From positions 15,157 to 79,156 of the forward strand of contig JABJNO010000006.1 in assembly GCA_018664825.1 (NCBI GenBank): a stretch of DNA of 64,000 nucleotides, given 5' to 3'. This DNA comes from Candidatus Parcubacteria bacterium (GTDB lineage: Bacteria > Patescibacteriota > Patescibacteriia > UBA1558 > GWA2-36-10). Every line of letters begins with the position of its first letter. Within the stretch, counting starts at the first letter, position 1. Positions 28,465 through 38,323 of the stretch are shown here, one piece after another. Position numbers and translations under genes: made by a program. The notes under the pieces were generated by a model. The model saw only the letters and a list, made by a program, of their open reading frames with translations, ran no database searches and was not told where the DNA came from.

Positions 28465-29130
28465 ATGTCAAAGACAAAAAGTGTTGCTGCTGATGTGGAC
28501 ATTGTCCCCAAAGGCACCGACGAAGACTGGGTCTATACCCAGACAATAAAAGAACATTTTTTTAGCCCTCAAAACTTGATTACAGATGCTAGTAAAATGA
28601 AGGACTACGATGGCCTAGGTATGGTAGGAAGTCCTGCTTGTGGTGATATGATGAAGGTCTGGATCAGGGTGGATAAAAAAGCAGATAAAATCAAAGAGAT
28701 GAAGTGGCAAACTTTTGGTTGTGGCTCTGCTATCTCTGCCACCTCTATGCTTTCTGTCATGGTCAGCGAAAAAGGTGGCATGCAAATAGAAGATGCTCTC
28801 AAAATCAAACCCCAGGACATCACCGCTCGCCTAGGAGGTCTACCTACTCGCAAAATTCATTGTTCTGTACTAGGAGACAAAGCTTTGCTCAGTGCCATCA
28901 ATAACTATTTCCTAAAAAGCAAACAAAAAGATAGAGTAATAAAAGAAAGTAAAAGAATGATAGACAAAATAGCCAAGGTGACAGACCACGATATAGAAGA
29001 AGCTGTCCTCGAGGGCGCTCATGACTTGGCTGCTGTCCAGAAAAAAACAAAAGCTGGTATTGGCAATCCGTCTGTCATACCAGAAATCGAACAACTTATC
29101 AGATTTTACACCGAAAAATATTTCGGTTAA
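28465..29130 (+). CDS. nifU: Fe-S scaffold NifU/IscU with C-terminal degenerate BFD-like domain
   Basis: GSPACGDMM, TFGCGSAI, RKIHCS; C-terminal VTDHDIEEAV..VQKKTKAGIG. Confidence 0.85.
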   Translation: MSKTKSVAADVDIVPKGTDEDWVYTQTIKEHFFSPQNLITDASKMKDYDGLGMVGSPACGDMMKVWIRVDKKADKIKEMKWQTFGCGSAISATSMLSVMVSEKGGMQIEDALKIKPQDITARLGGLPTRKIHCSVLGDKALLSAINNYFLKSKQKDRVIKESKRMIDKIAKVTDHDIEEAVLEGAHDLAAVQKKTKAGIGNPSVIPEIEQLIRFYTEKYFG

Positions 29131-29162
29131 AATAAACACATAATAAATTAAATATAAAATAT

Positions 29163-29777
29163 ATGAATAAATTTGAAACACCTTCATTGCCTTATGACTA
29201 TAATGCTCTGGAGCCACATATAGATGAAGCAACTATGAAAATTCACCACGATAAACATCACGTTGCTTATACAACAAATTTTAACAAAGCCCTAGAGAGT
29301 GTCGCCAACCTAGATGGTAAATCAGCTGAAGATATTTTGAAAAATTTGGACTCTATACCAGAAGACGCTCGCAATGCAATCAAAAATCATGGCGGTGGAC
29401 ATGTCCATCACAGCTTTTTTTGGGAAATCATGCGACCAGGGCAAAACAACAATGCCCCTGAGGGTGAACTACTTGAAGCTATAAACAAAACATTTGGTAG
29501 CTTTGAAAAATTCCGTGAAGAATTTAGTCAATCTGCAATGACTGTCTTTGGCTCCGGCTGGGCCTGGCTAGTTGTAGATGGTGGAGACCTAAAAATCACT
29601 CAAACTTCAAAACAAGATAGCCCCTATTCACTAGGTCATATCCCTGTCTTGGGTATTGACGTTTGGGAGCATTCATATTATCTTAAATACGAAAATAAAA
29701 GAGCTGATTTTGTCGATGCCTTTTGGAATATAATCAACTGGACGAAGGTTGCTGAAAACTACTCAGCTAGTAAATAA
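29163..29777 (+). CDS. sodA: Fe/Mn superoxide dismutase
   Basis: LPYDYNALEPHID, HHDKHH, NHGGGH, FGSGWAWL, DVWEHSYY; metal specificity not certain. Confidence 0.93.
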   Translation: MNKFETPSLPYDYNALEPHIDEATMKIHHDKHHVAYTTNFNKALESVANLDGKSAEDILKNLDSIPEDARNAIKNHGGGHVHHSFFWEIMRPGQNNNAPEGELLEAINKTFGSFEKFREEFSQSAMTVFGSGWAWLVVDGGDLKITQTSKQDSPYSLGHIPVLGIDVWEHSYYLKYENKRADFVDAFWNIINWTKVAENYSASK

Positions 29778-29803
29778 CAAAGACTTAACTTATTGGCGAA
29801 TAA

Positions 29804-30682
29804 ATGGAAAGAGACACTATTATTATTGTTGAAGGAGGTACTATCCAAGGAGTATTTAGTGCTGGAGTTTTGACCCCTCTACAAGAACACAACTTTTATC
29901 CACGTATACATTCTGTATATGCTGTTTCGTCAGGAAGTCACAATGCTGCCTATTTTTTGGCCAAAAACATTGAAGTAAGCTCAACTCTATACTGTGATTA
30001 TCTAGCCAAAAGGCATGCTTTTTTCAAGCATCTTTCAGCCAAGGTAATAATCAAAAAACTATGGAGACTTGCTAGATATAGAGAAAGTTTTGATATTATA
30101 GATTTGGCCTATGTCGAAGATATAGAGAGAAATATCATGCCCATGGATGCAGAGACAATCAAAAACTCTCCAATCAAATTCTACGTACGCGTATTTGATC
30201 CCAAAACCAAAAAAACAAAATACTTAGATGCCAAAGAGGATACCATCACTCGTTGTATCCAATCATCAAAAGTACCGCCCTATGCTTATTCTAATGCCAA
30301 AGAAGATGTATACTTTGATGGCGGCATCATGCCTTGCAAAGATTTTTTGAAAACCGTCAAAGCCAATCCTGATAAAAAAATAATCTATATTTTCAATGAC
30401 AAAAAAACTCCCAAAAGAGTGACCCGTTATATAATGTCTGACCTACTAGATATCTTGTTCAAAACTGTCTATCTAGGATTGGACTATGGCTTGAAACATT
30501 TGTTCAATATTTATAACTACACTTATGTGCACGACCTAAAAAAGTATAAAAATGTACATATACTCTATGATGAAACCGGAAACTCCAAACGAGAAAAAAA
30601 TGTTGAAAAAATTACCGAAGCTTTTGAGCTCGGCAAAAAGAAAGGCGAACAACTTTTGAAAGATATAAATTTTATAAAATAA
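29804..30682 (+). CDS. Patatin-like phospholipase
   Basis: EGGTIQGVFSAGVL, AVSSGS nucleophile elbow, YFDGG. Confidence 0.8.
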   Translation: MERDTIIIVEGGTIQGVFSAGVLTPLQEHNFYPRIHSVYAVSSGSHNAAYFLAKNIEVSSTLYCDYLAKRHAFFKHLSAKVIIKKLWRLARYRESFDIIDLAYVEDIERNIMPMDAETIKNSPIKFYVRVFDPKTKKTKYLDAKEDTITRCIQSSKVPPYAYSNAKEDVYFDGGIMPCKDFLKTVKANPDKKIIYIFNDKKTPKRVTRYIMSDLLDILFKTVYLGLDYGLKHLFNIYNYTYVHDLKKYKNVHILYDETGNSKREKNVEKITEAFELGKKKGEQLLKDINFIK

Positions 30683-30700
30683 TTAATAACAAACAAATAT

Positions 30701-31312
30701 ATGGAAAAAGAACATGACTGCTGTGGCGGTGGAAACTGTGATAGCTACGAACTAAAAATAGGTAGCCCTGCTCCAAGTTTTGAAGCAGAAATCTATCATG
30801 AAGATGATACAAAAAAGATAAAGCTATCTGACTACAAAGGAAAATGGGTGATTCTATTTTTCTATCCAGCTGATTTTACTTTTGTCTGTCCAACTGAGCT
30901 AAGTGATATAGCTGATAGATATGAGGAAGTCAAAAAGCTCAACGGAGAGATATTGTCAGTCAGTACTGATACTGTCTTTAGCCACAAAGCTTGGCACAAT
31001 GAATCAGATACTATCAAAAAAATAAAATTCCCAATGGTAGCAGACCCAACTCACGAAATATCATACAAGTACAATGTTTTGATTGAAGATGAGGGCCTAG
31101 CTCTCAGGGGAACATTTATCATCGATCCTGAAGGCAATCTCAAAACTATGGAAGTACATGACAATGGTATTGGCCGAAGTGGTGACGAACTCATCCGCAA
31201 GCTGCAGGCCGCTCAATTTGTCCATAAGTATGGCGACCAAGTCTGCCCTGCCAATTGGCAACCAGGCAAAGACACGCTGAAACCCGGACTAGACCTAGTA
31301 GGAAAACTTTAA
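30701..31312 (+). CDS. ahpC: 2-Cys peroxiredoxin
   Basis: FYPADFTFVCPTE, RGTFIIDP, VCPANW. Confidence 0.95.
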   Translation: MEKEHDCCGGGNCDSYELKIGSPAPSFEAEIYHEDDTKKIKLSDYKGKWVILFFYPADFTFVCPTELSDIADRYEEVKKLNGEILSVSTDTVFSHKAWHNESDTIKKIKFPMVADPTHEISYKYNVLIEDEGLALRGTFIIDPEGNLKTMEVHDNGIGRSGDELIRKLQAAQFVHKYGDQVCPANWQPGKDTLKPGLDLVGKL

Positions 31313-31321
31313 ATCAATTTA

Positions 31322-31349
31322 AAAAGACCTCCCTTTGGAGGTCTTTTTT
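31322..31349. terminator. Bidirectional terminator
   Basis: aaaaagacctcc-cttt-ggaggtcttttt between convergent genes. Confidence 0.85.
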
Positions 31350-31350
31350 A

Positions 31351-31944
31351 TTATTCATATAATATTTTGTCTTTCAAGCCTCCTAGTCTTTTTATTCTAA
31401 AAGCTTCTTCCACCAAAGATGCATCTACATAAATATGACCATGCACAACCAAATCATCGGGCAACTCTTTTATCTTTGTTTTTTTCATATACAACACCCC
31501 TCCTACTTCCAGGCCTTTTGGCAGTTTTGTAATACCGTCATTGTCCAAGTATAGATCTCCTGTTGTAGTCAGATTGTCTGGTATTCTCGAATCAATATCT
31601 TCTGTATCTTTTAAATTTAAAAATCCCTGGACAGCTATTATTTTTATTTCTTCTCCATTTTTTATTCTAGTTTCAACTTTTACTTTTTCTCTAGGCTCAA
31701 CTTCTTCACCAATCTCCTTTGATTGAGCTATGACAGCCTCAACTGTAAACTTGTAGCCATTGATAACTCCTACTTCTTTTTTTAAAAAATCTAAACTTGG
31801 CTCCAACTGATGTTTTTTTAGTGACCTCAACAATCTAAAATCACAATCTTTTGAATCTGCCAAAAAATTGTTATCAAAATTTTGCTTACTTTCTTTGAGC
31901 TGAACAATTTCTCTTCTCAGGTTTTCACAATCTATTGCTTGCAT
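31351..31944 (-). CDS. LRR-like repeat protein, array member 5
   Basis: IDCENLR N-terminus; ITKLPKGLEVGGVL..IKELPDDLVVHGHIY. Confidence 0.75.
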   Translation of the reverse strand: MQAIDCENLRREIVQLKESKQNFDNNFLADSKDCDFRLLRSLKKHQLEPSLDFLKKEVGVINGYKFTVEAVIAQSKEIGEEVEPREKVKVETRIKNGEEIKIIAVQGFLNLKDTEDIDSRIPDNLTTTGDLYLDNDGITKLPKGLEVGGVLYMKKTKIKELPDDLVVHGHIYVDASLVEEAFRIKRLGGLKDKILYE

Positions 31945-31953
31945 AATTTTATC

Positions 31954-32529
31954 TTAATCTTCAAGGCCTACGTGTACTGAACCATATATGCCATTTATTC
32001 TAGTCACCTCATCCGTCAAAATGGGATCAATATAAATATCTCCATGTACTATCAAATCATCTGGTAGTTTTTTTATCTTGGTACGGTTGATATGCAGATT
32101 ACCTCCCACTACCAGTCCTCTTGGTAATTTTGTAATCTTTGTACCCTTAAAATTTAAATATTCTTTCACTTCTAAATTGTTGGGTATTTTTGAGTCTATA
32201 TCATTCATCATATCTAAGACTAATCCAATTTTTATGACAGTAATCTTTATACTAGCACCATCTCTATTTCTATACTTAAAATCTAATGACTTTTCTATAT
32301 CTCCTGGATTAAGCCTCATATCAATGGCCTCAATTGCAAACCTATACCCTTTAATAGCTTCCACTTCTGACCTCAAAGATTCTAAACGTTTTTCTAGGCT
32401 AGTTTTCCATAATCTGAGATCAACAAAATCCCACTTCTCTGAAGTGCCTCTACACCTTTCATCAAAACCATCTTTGTCCTCTTTGGTACGATGTATAAAT
32501 TTCCTCGTTTTTTCACAATCTATTGGCAT
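31954..32529 (-). CDS. LRR-like repeat protein, array member 4
   Basis: IDCEKTR; ITKLPRGLVVGGNL..IKKLPDDLIVHGDIY. Confidence 0.75.
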   Translation of the reverse strand: MPIDCEKTRKFIHRTKEDKDGFDERCRGTSEKWDFVDLRLWKTSLEKRLESLRSEVEAIKGYRFAIEAIDMRLNPGDIEKSLDFKYRNRDGASIKITVIKIGLVLDMMNDIDSKIPNNLEVKEYLNFKGTKITKLPRGLVVGGNLHINRTKIKKLPDDLIVHGDIYIDPILTDEVTRINGIYGSVHVGLED

Positions 32530-32537
32530 GTTTTTAT

Positions 32538-33128
32538 TTATCCCATTAAATGTATATCTCCTCGTAAATTTCCTGCTTTACGTAATCGAACTACCTCGTC
32601 TCTCAAACTTTCGTCAAGATAAATATCTCCGTGAACCATCAAATCGTCTGGTAATTTTTTTATTTTGCTGTTATTGATATGCAGATTACCTCCCACTACC
32701 AAGCCTTTTGGTAATTCCGTAATATCTGAACCTTGTAAAAATATATTTTCCATCACAGTCATGTTTTCCGGTATTTTTCCATCCAAATTTTCTACTCTCT
32801 TTAAATTCAAAATATCTTTTACTACTATTGTTCTAATCTTTTCTCCACCCCTTAGCCCGCCCTCTACAAGTACTTTTTTTCTTGCTCCCTCAAAATCCTT
32901 GGGCTCACCTACACTAGCCATGACTACACTCACTATAAATTTATAACCTTTAACAAATTTTAACTCTCCCCTTAAAAAATCCAAACGCTGGCCCAGGGCA
33001 ATCCTCCATTGCCTCAAAGCAACGAAATCCCAATCGGCCACTTCACCAATACAAGATTTATCAAACCATCTTTTATCTTCCTTGGCGTGCTCTATGGTTA
33101 TTCTTATTTTTTCACAATCTATTATCAT
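32538..33128 (-). CDS. LRR-like repeat protein, array member 3
   Basis: IDCEKIR; ITELPKGLVVGGNL..IKKLPDDLMVHGDIY. Confidence 0.75.
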   Translation of the reverse strand: MIIDCEKIRITIEHAKEDKRWFDKSCIGEVADWDFVALRQWRIALGQRLDFLRGELKFVKGYKFIVSVVMASVGEPKDFEGARKKVLVEGGLRGGEKIRTIVVKDILNLKRVENLDGKIPENMTVMENIFLQGSDITELPKGLVVGGNLHINNSKIKKLPDDLMVHGDIYLDESLRDEVVRLRKAGNLRGDIHLMG

Positions 33129-33130
33129 AT

Positions 33131-33721
33131 TTATGCTGCTACAAAGAGACTACGTATATTACCCTTTTTCTTTAGCTTGGTTATTTTATCTCCCAATAAA
33201 GGTAGTTGTTTTTGATTAATAACCAACTCTCCCTCAACTACAAGATCATCTGGAATATCCGTAATAAGAGTACCCCTAATATCCATATTACCACTTACTA
33301 GTAGATCACGAGGTATTTCTCTTACATTAAGATCTTTGATAAAAAAATTTCCATCTATTGTCCAGTCACCCGGAATCCTTACTGTCTTTTCACCAAATAT
33401 ATCTTTTCCGTTTTCTGTAAAATCCAAACCTCCTTTGTAGAGCATTCTTCCGTGTCTTTTAAATTCCATGAACTCTACCATAGATAAGAGATCTTCTCTA
33501 TCAGAACTTCTGATAAATTCCATCATATCAACCCCAATTACTTCTCCTTTGAGTTTTTCCAATGCTTCACTTATATTTATTTTTTTTTCTCTCAACTTGC
33601 CAAGATCCAAAGAATCATCGATAGCATCAAATTGATCCACAAAACCAGCAAAGGCTGGCTTTGTTACCTTTAGTAAATATCTCCATTGTTCACATTCTAC
33701 TTTGTTTTTATTTTTAAACAT
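33131..33721 (-). CDS. LRR-like repeat protein, array member 2
   Basis: VECEQWR; VREIPRDLLVSGNM..ITDIPDDLVVEGEL. Confidence 0.72.
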   Translation of the reverse strand: MFKNKNKVECEQWRYLLKVTKPAFAGFVDQFDAIDDSLDLGKLREKKINISEALEKLKGEVIGVDMMEFIRSSDREDLLSMVEFMEFKRHGRMLYKGGLDFTENGKDIFGEKTVRIPGDWTIDGNFFIKDLNVREIPRDLLVSGNMDIRGTLITDIPDDLVVEGELVINQKQLPLLGDKITKLKKKGNIRSLFVAA

Positions 33722-33725
33722 ACTT

Positions 33726-34319
33726 TTAATACAACATGCTTAATTTGCCACCTATCTGACCTTTGTCTTTTAATCTTTGCATCAGCTCTCTACGAGGATC
33801 ATTGGGATCAGAAAAAGTCAGATAACAATCTCCCTTGATGATAATATCTTCTGGAATATAATATCTATCGTCTTTATCAAATGAAAAATTACCATTCACT
33901 ACTAAACCTTTTGGTAAAAAACTAATATCTGTATTATTAATATTAAAATCCCCCTCAACAACCAAATTCTTTGGTAAAAATTTGATTGGCCTTCTAGATA
34001 AATCCAAATCTTCTTGATATATTATCTTTCTTTTTTCAAAACTAATTCCAAATCGTGGTAAAAAATATTTTCTATCATCTTCCGAACCTACCATGGCTAC
34101 CAATCTCCGTATTTGCTTTTGAGCAGGAACCATAAAAAGGGTTTCTTCAATATTTTTTTTCAACAAGCCAAAAGAATAGGTAGTATTTCCAATAGTAGCA
34201 AAATTTCTTGTTTTTATTGCATCTGGATATTGATCAGCAAAGTCAACTACAAAGCCCTTCATAGCTCCTAGGTCTCTCCTCAGTTCTTCACAATATTTTT
34301 TTGGTGTTTCTTGGCTCAT
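33726..34319 (-). CDS. LRR-like repeat protein, array member 1
   Basis: KYCEELR; IKFLPKNLVVEGDF..ISFLPKGLVVNGNF. Confidence 0.72.
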   Translation of the reverse strand: MSQETPKKYCEELRRDLGAMKGFVVDFADQYPDAIKTRNFATIGNTTYSFGLLKKNIEETLFMVPAQKQIRRLVAMVGSEDDRKYFLPRFGISFEKRKIIYQEDLDLSRRPIKFLPKNLVVEGDFNINNTDISFLPKGLVVNGNFSFDKDDRYYIPEDIIIKGDCYLTFSDPNDPRRELMQRLKDKGQIGGKLSMLY

Positions 34320-34415
34320 ATTCTTAAATTAGCAATAATTTCTATATTAATCAAATCTACTTAATTTTAGCATAAAATTTTAAAAAATGTTATAATCTTT
34401 ATATAAAAACAGCTT

Positions 34416-34994
34416 ATGAAAATAGAATACGAAGTAACATTTCCGGACATAAACAAAAATGAAATCAGAGCTCGCCTCAAAAAAGCAGGTGCCAAGATGA
34501 TTTATCCAGAATTTTTGATGAAAAGACATGTCTGGCTCTTGCCAGAAGGACACGAAATAGAAGGTAGTTGGGCTCGCGTCCGCCAAGAGGCTGACAAAGT
34601 AACTATGAGTGTCAAAATAGTAGCTGACAACAAAAAAATCGAAGATCAAAAAGAGATTTGTATCACAGTAGATAGTTTTGATACTGCCTGTGACATACTC
34701 AATACCCTAGGCTGTCAGGAAAAAGCCTATCAAGAAAGCAAACGAGAACTCTGGATACTAGATGGAGCCGAAGTGACTATAGATGAGTGGCCTTGGCTAG
34801 AACCTTTTGTAGAAGTCGAAGCCAAAACCGAGCACCGAGTAAAGCAAGTTTGTAAAAAACTAGACTTTGATTATTCTGAAGCACTCTTTGGATCAGTAGA
34901 CTTCCAATATGCCGACAAATATAATATAGATCTAGAAAAAATAAACGAAAGGACTCCCAATATTACTTTTGATATGCCGAATCCTTGGAAATAA
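34416..34994 (+). CDS. CYTH domain protein (class IV adenylate cyclase/triphosphatase-like)
   Basis: IEYEV ExE motif, WARVR, KRELW, IDEWPWLEPFVEVE. Confidence 0.85.
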   Translation: MKIEYEVTFPDINKNEIRARLKKAGAKMIYPEFLMKRHVWLLPEGHEIEGSWARVRQEADKVTMSVKIVADNKKIEDQKEICITVDSFDTACDILNTLGCQEKAYQESKRELWILDGAEVTIDEWPWLEPFVEVEAKTEHRVKQVCKKLDFDYSEALFGSVDFQYADKYNIDLEKINERTPNITFDMPNPWK

Positions 34995-35006
34995 AAATAA
35001 AATAAA

Positions 35007-36365
35007 ATGCCAAAACTAAAACTAACATCATTTGGAGCCGCTGGTGAAGTGACTGGCTCTTGCCACCTTCTCAATATCGGAGGCTATCGCCTACTGGTCG
35101 ATTGTGGTATGTGGCAGGGTGGCCAAGAAGGTTATCTCAAAAACTGGGACAAATTTTTGTTTGATGTCAAAAGTATCGATGCTGTCATCCTCACTCACGC
35201 TCACCTAGATCACTGTGGTCGTCTAGCCAAGCTCTATGCTCATGGCTACAAAGGAAAAGTCTATGCCACTCCTCCTACTATCAAGCTAGCCGAAATCGTC
35301 CTGACTGATAGTTTCAATATAATGAAGGAAAAAGCTGCACGGAAAAAACTTCCCATGCTACATAGCTCACGGGACTTAAAAAGACTATACGAAAGCTGGA
35401 AGCCAACTCCATATTACAACCAAGTAAACCTGACTTCTGATATAAAATTCAAATTTCACAACGCTGGACATATCCTAGGCTCTGCAATAGTAGAGATCAC
35501 CGCTGGCGACAAGACCGTCGTGTTTTCTGGAGATATAGGTGGGCATGATATGCCCCTAGTCAAAGACATAGACTACGTCCCTCACGCTGACTATGTAGTC
35601 TGTGAAGGTACTTATGGTGATCGTGTACACGAACATCTCAAAGATAGAAACCAAAAACTAATCCAAGCAGTCCAAAACGTCACTTTGAACAACTCCACTC
35701 TACTGATTACAATCTTTGCGATCGAAAGAACTCAGGATATACTCAAAGTACTCAATGACTACTACGAAAGTCACCTAGACTTCCGCGTACCTGTCTATCT
35801 AGATAGTCCAATGGCCGCCACTGCTACCAAAGTATACAAACAAGAACTAGAACACCTAAATCCCGCCGCTCAAGAAACTCTAAAAAGAGATAAGGACATC
35901 TTTAATTTTCCTCATCTTGATATCACCAACAATATCCGTCAATCAAAAAAAATAAACAGTGCCTCGCCACCAAAGATAATCATGGCTGGTAGTGGTATGG
36001 CTGAAGGTGGACGAATGATTCATCATTTTGCTCACTACTTATCAAACAATAACAACCACGTCTTGTTTATGGGATTCCAAGTGCCTGGTACACTAGGACA
36101 CAAAATCCTCAATGGAGAAGGTGGTTTTAACTACTACGGCAAAGACATCCCTGTCCGTGCTCAAGTAGACCAGATAGATGGCTTTTCTGCTCATGGAGAC
36201 CTAAATGCTTTGATGGACTGGCTAGATCATTTTGAAAAACCTCAACGAATCGTCCTGGCTCACGGAGATCAAAGGGTATTGGAAAGTTTTGAAAAAACAA
36301 TAAACGATAAACTAGGATATCAAACAACGATATCTAGACAAAATATACCTATCAATTTAAATTAA
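35007..36365 (+). CDS. MBL-fold beta-CASP ribonuclease
   Basis: GAAGEVTGSC, THAHLDHCG, AGHILGS, FSGDIG, EGTYG, FSAHGD. Confidence 0.92.
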   Translation: MPKLKLTSFGAAGEVTGSCHLLNIGGYRLLVDCGMWQGGQEGYLKNWDKFLFDVKSIDAVILTHAHLDHCGRLAKLYAHGYKGKVYATPPTIKLAEIVLTDSFNIMKEKAARKKLPMLHSSRDLKRLYESWKPTPYYNQVNLTSDIKFKFHNAGHILGSAIVEITAGDKTVVFSGDIGGHDMPLVKDIDYVPHADYVVCEGTYGDRVHEHLKDRNQKLIQAVQNVTLNNSTLLITIFAIERTQDILKVLNDYYESHLDFRVPVYLDSPMAATATKVYKQELEHLNPAAQETLKRDKDIFNFPHLDITNNIRQSKKINSASPPKIIMAGSGMAEGGRMIHHFAHYLSNNNNHVLFMGFQVPGTLGHKILNGEGGFNYYGKDIPVRAQVDQIDGFSAHGDLNALMDWLDHFEKPQRIVLAHGDQRVLESFEKTINDKLGYQTTISRQNIPINLN

Positions 36366-36370
36366 AACTT

Positions 36371-37837
36371 ATGTTTAAACAAAAACATTTGGATTTTGCT
36401 CAAATCATGATCTATATCATGATAGCTTTTGTACTAGTCACCTACGTCGTACTGGTGGTCTGGTATTGGCAAAACAAAGTCGACAATAGTGGAGAGTATT
36501 TTAAAAATCCACTCTATTGTGAAAGTGTTTCTGATTGTACCTGGCAAGAAGAGTCTTGTAATAATTGCAAATGTCCAGAACCTAGAAATAAAACCAACTT
36601 ATTTGATTTGGACTGTAGTGTTGCAGACGCTAATCCGGTGTGCCTCCAAATATGTGAAACTGGAGAATTGGACTGTGTAAAAAATACCTGCGTAGCTAAA
36701 AAACAAAAAAAAGAATTTGATCAAAAATATCTCGATGATTCTCTGTATTGCGAAAATAAAGAAGATTGTATTTGGCAAACTACTGATTGCGGTGGCTGTA
36801 CTTGCCCAGAACCAGTCAACAAATACAATCAGACCAAGACCACTCTAGATTGCGCGGACTTTGACCCAGGTTTGAGTTGCGAATTGGCCTGTGAACATGC
36901 CAATCTAGAATGTATGAACAATACTTGTGTTGGTGCAAAACGTGGTGACGAAATCTTGGTGAGCTATCCCTGGAAAGACAACTCGGTCCCAAATTCTTTT
37001 ACTATCCGCGGACAAGCTCGAGGGTCTTGGTTTTTTGAAGGAAGCTTTCCTTTTGATATATACGACAAAGATGACAAGCTAATCCTCCAAAGCTACGTCA
37101 CGGCTACCGAAAATTGGATGACTGACGACTGGGTACCTTTTGAAGCTGAGGTAAATATAAACCCTAGTGACAAAAGAGGTTATATAATATTTAAAAAAGA
37201 TAACCCATCTGGATTACCCGAACACGATGATAGTCACTATCTATATATAAGGTTTGCTGAAGCAGACAAATTTGATTACAACCACCTACTAGCCGTACAT
37301 ATCAGCAAGGCCCATTACAAAACTTGGAAATTGGTGTCATATGAAACTATCGACAATGTGCAGATAGAAGTCTACAAACCAGAGCTAGGACTACTAGACG
37401 ATGAAATACTCAATGCCCCAAAAACCAAGACTCTATTTTTCCGAGAAGGTGGCAATTTTGCTACTTATGATGAAGATTATAAACAATCCCGACGAGTAGA
37501 CCCACTGACAGGTCAATGGGAAATAGAAGATAGGGTCAAAGCTATCCTATCCGTAGATATAGGAAATATTTATCAAGATAAATACGAAATTGTAGAGCTG
37601 GAAGATGATTTGCTAAAATTAAAACCTCTTGAATATTTAGACCCAAGCACTTATTGTACAGATGATTCCGAATGTGTCCTTCAGGCAACCTGCTCTTGCG
37701 GTTGTCCTACGGCAGTAAACAAAGAAAGCTACACTGACATACTCTGCCTTCAAGATGAAGAGTTTTGTGATTTGTGGTGCCCTGAGACAACACCAAAGTG
37801 TATAGCCAACAAATGTACTGCTATAAATGTAGAATAA
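36371..37837 (+). CDS. Membrane-anchored protein with three Cys-rich repeats and Gmad2 Ig-like domain
   Basis: YC....DC..Q..C..C.CP.P.NK repeats; GQARGSWFFEGSFP..WMTDDWVPF..KDNPSGLPE. Confidence 0.72.
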   Translation: MFKQKHLDFAQIMIYIMIAFVLVTYVVLVVWYWQNKVDNSGEYFKNPLYCESVSDCTWQEESCNNCKCPEPRNKTNLFDLDCSVADANPVCLQICETGELDCVKNTCVAKKQKKEFDQKYLDDSLYCENKEDCIWQTTDCGGCTCPEPVNKYNQTKTTLDCADFDPGLSCELACEHANLECMNNTCVGAKRGDEILVSYPWKDNSVPNSFTIRGQARGSWFFEGSFPFDIYDKDDKLILQSYVTATENWMTDDWVPFEAEVNINPSDKRGYIIFKKDNPSGLPEHDDSHYLYIRFAEADKFDYNHLLAVHISKAHYKTWKLVSYETIDNVQIEVYKPELGLLDDEILNAPKTKTLFFREGGNFATYDEDYKQSRRVDPLTGQWEIEDRVKAILSVDIGNIYQDKYEIVELEDDLLKLKPLEYLDPSTYCTDDSECVLQATCSCGCPTAVNKESYTDILCLQDEEFCDLWCPETTPKCIANKCTAINVE

Positions 37838-37846
37838 AACAAACTA

Positions 37847-37873
37847 AAAACACCCCAAAGTGGGGTGTTTTTT
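37847..37873. terminator. Bidirectional terminator
   Basis: aaaacacccca-aag-tggggtgtttt. Confidence 0.8.
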
Positions 37874-37876
37874 ATT

Positions 37877-38092
37877 TTATCGTTTATTGAGTGGATTTTC
37901 TATCTCTTCTTCTGGTTTTTTATCCTTTTTCTCATTTTCCAAAGGCAAAGTGGGATATACTTCTTTGTCCAGTCCTCCAATATACAAAACAGGATCTACT
38001 AGCTCTACTTTTTCGGTAGACTTAGCAGTTCTTGGGCCATGAGGACCTTTTTTGAAGAATGGTTTTTTCTTTTTTTTGAAAAATTTTGCCAT
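37877..38092 (-). CDS. Small basic hypothetical protein
   Basis: MAKFFKKKKKPFFKK..; extended -10 TGATACTAT just upstream. Confidence 0.5.
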   Translation of the reverse strand: MAKFFKKKKKPFFKKGPHGPRTAKSTEKVELVDPVLYIGGLDKEVYPTLPLENEKKDKKPEEEIENPLNKR

Positions 38093-38208
38093 GACCATAT
38101 AGTATCAGAGTCTAAAAAAGCTGTCCAGAGCCCAAAATTGGACTTTTCTTTATCGTTGCATTATAATGAAATGACTCAAAAACAAACACAAAAATCGAAA
38201 ATTTAGCC

Positions 38209-38256
38209 AAACTACATCTTGTGTGCTATAATGATTTCAGACACTACATGTAGTGG
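38209..38256 (+). promoter_or_regulatory. Tandem NrdR boxes flanking an extended -10 promoter
   Basis: aaactacatcttgtgt (38209-38224) and acactacatgtagtgg (38241-38256), 32 nt apart, with TGCTATAAT between, upstream of the RNR gene. Confidence 0.85.
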
Positions 38257-38323
38257 TTTAGTCCTAAATTTTGTACCGTGTTTCTTTTTTTGACCTAAAT
38301 TATTAAGCATAAAAACAAAACTC

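Noticed and set aside
32078-32946. 199-aa and 93-aa plus-strand ORFs
   Set aside because: Antisense to clearly paralogous LRR-like genes
31351-34319. Prophage or DGR target locus
   Set aside because: No phage structural genes, integrase, reverse transcriptase or adenine-specific template/variable repeat pair visible
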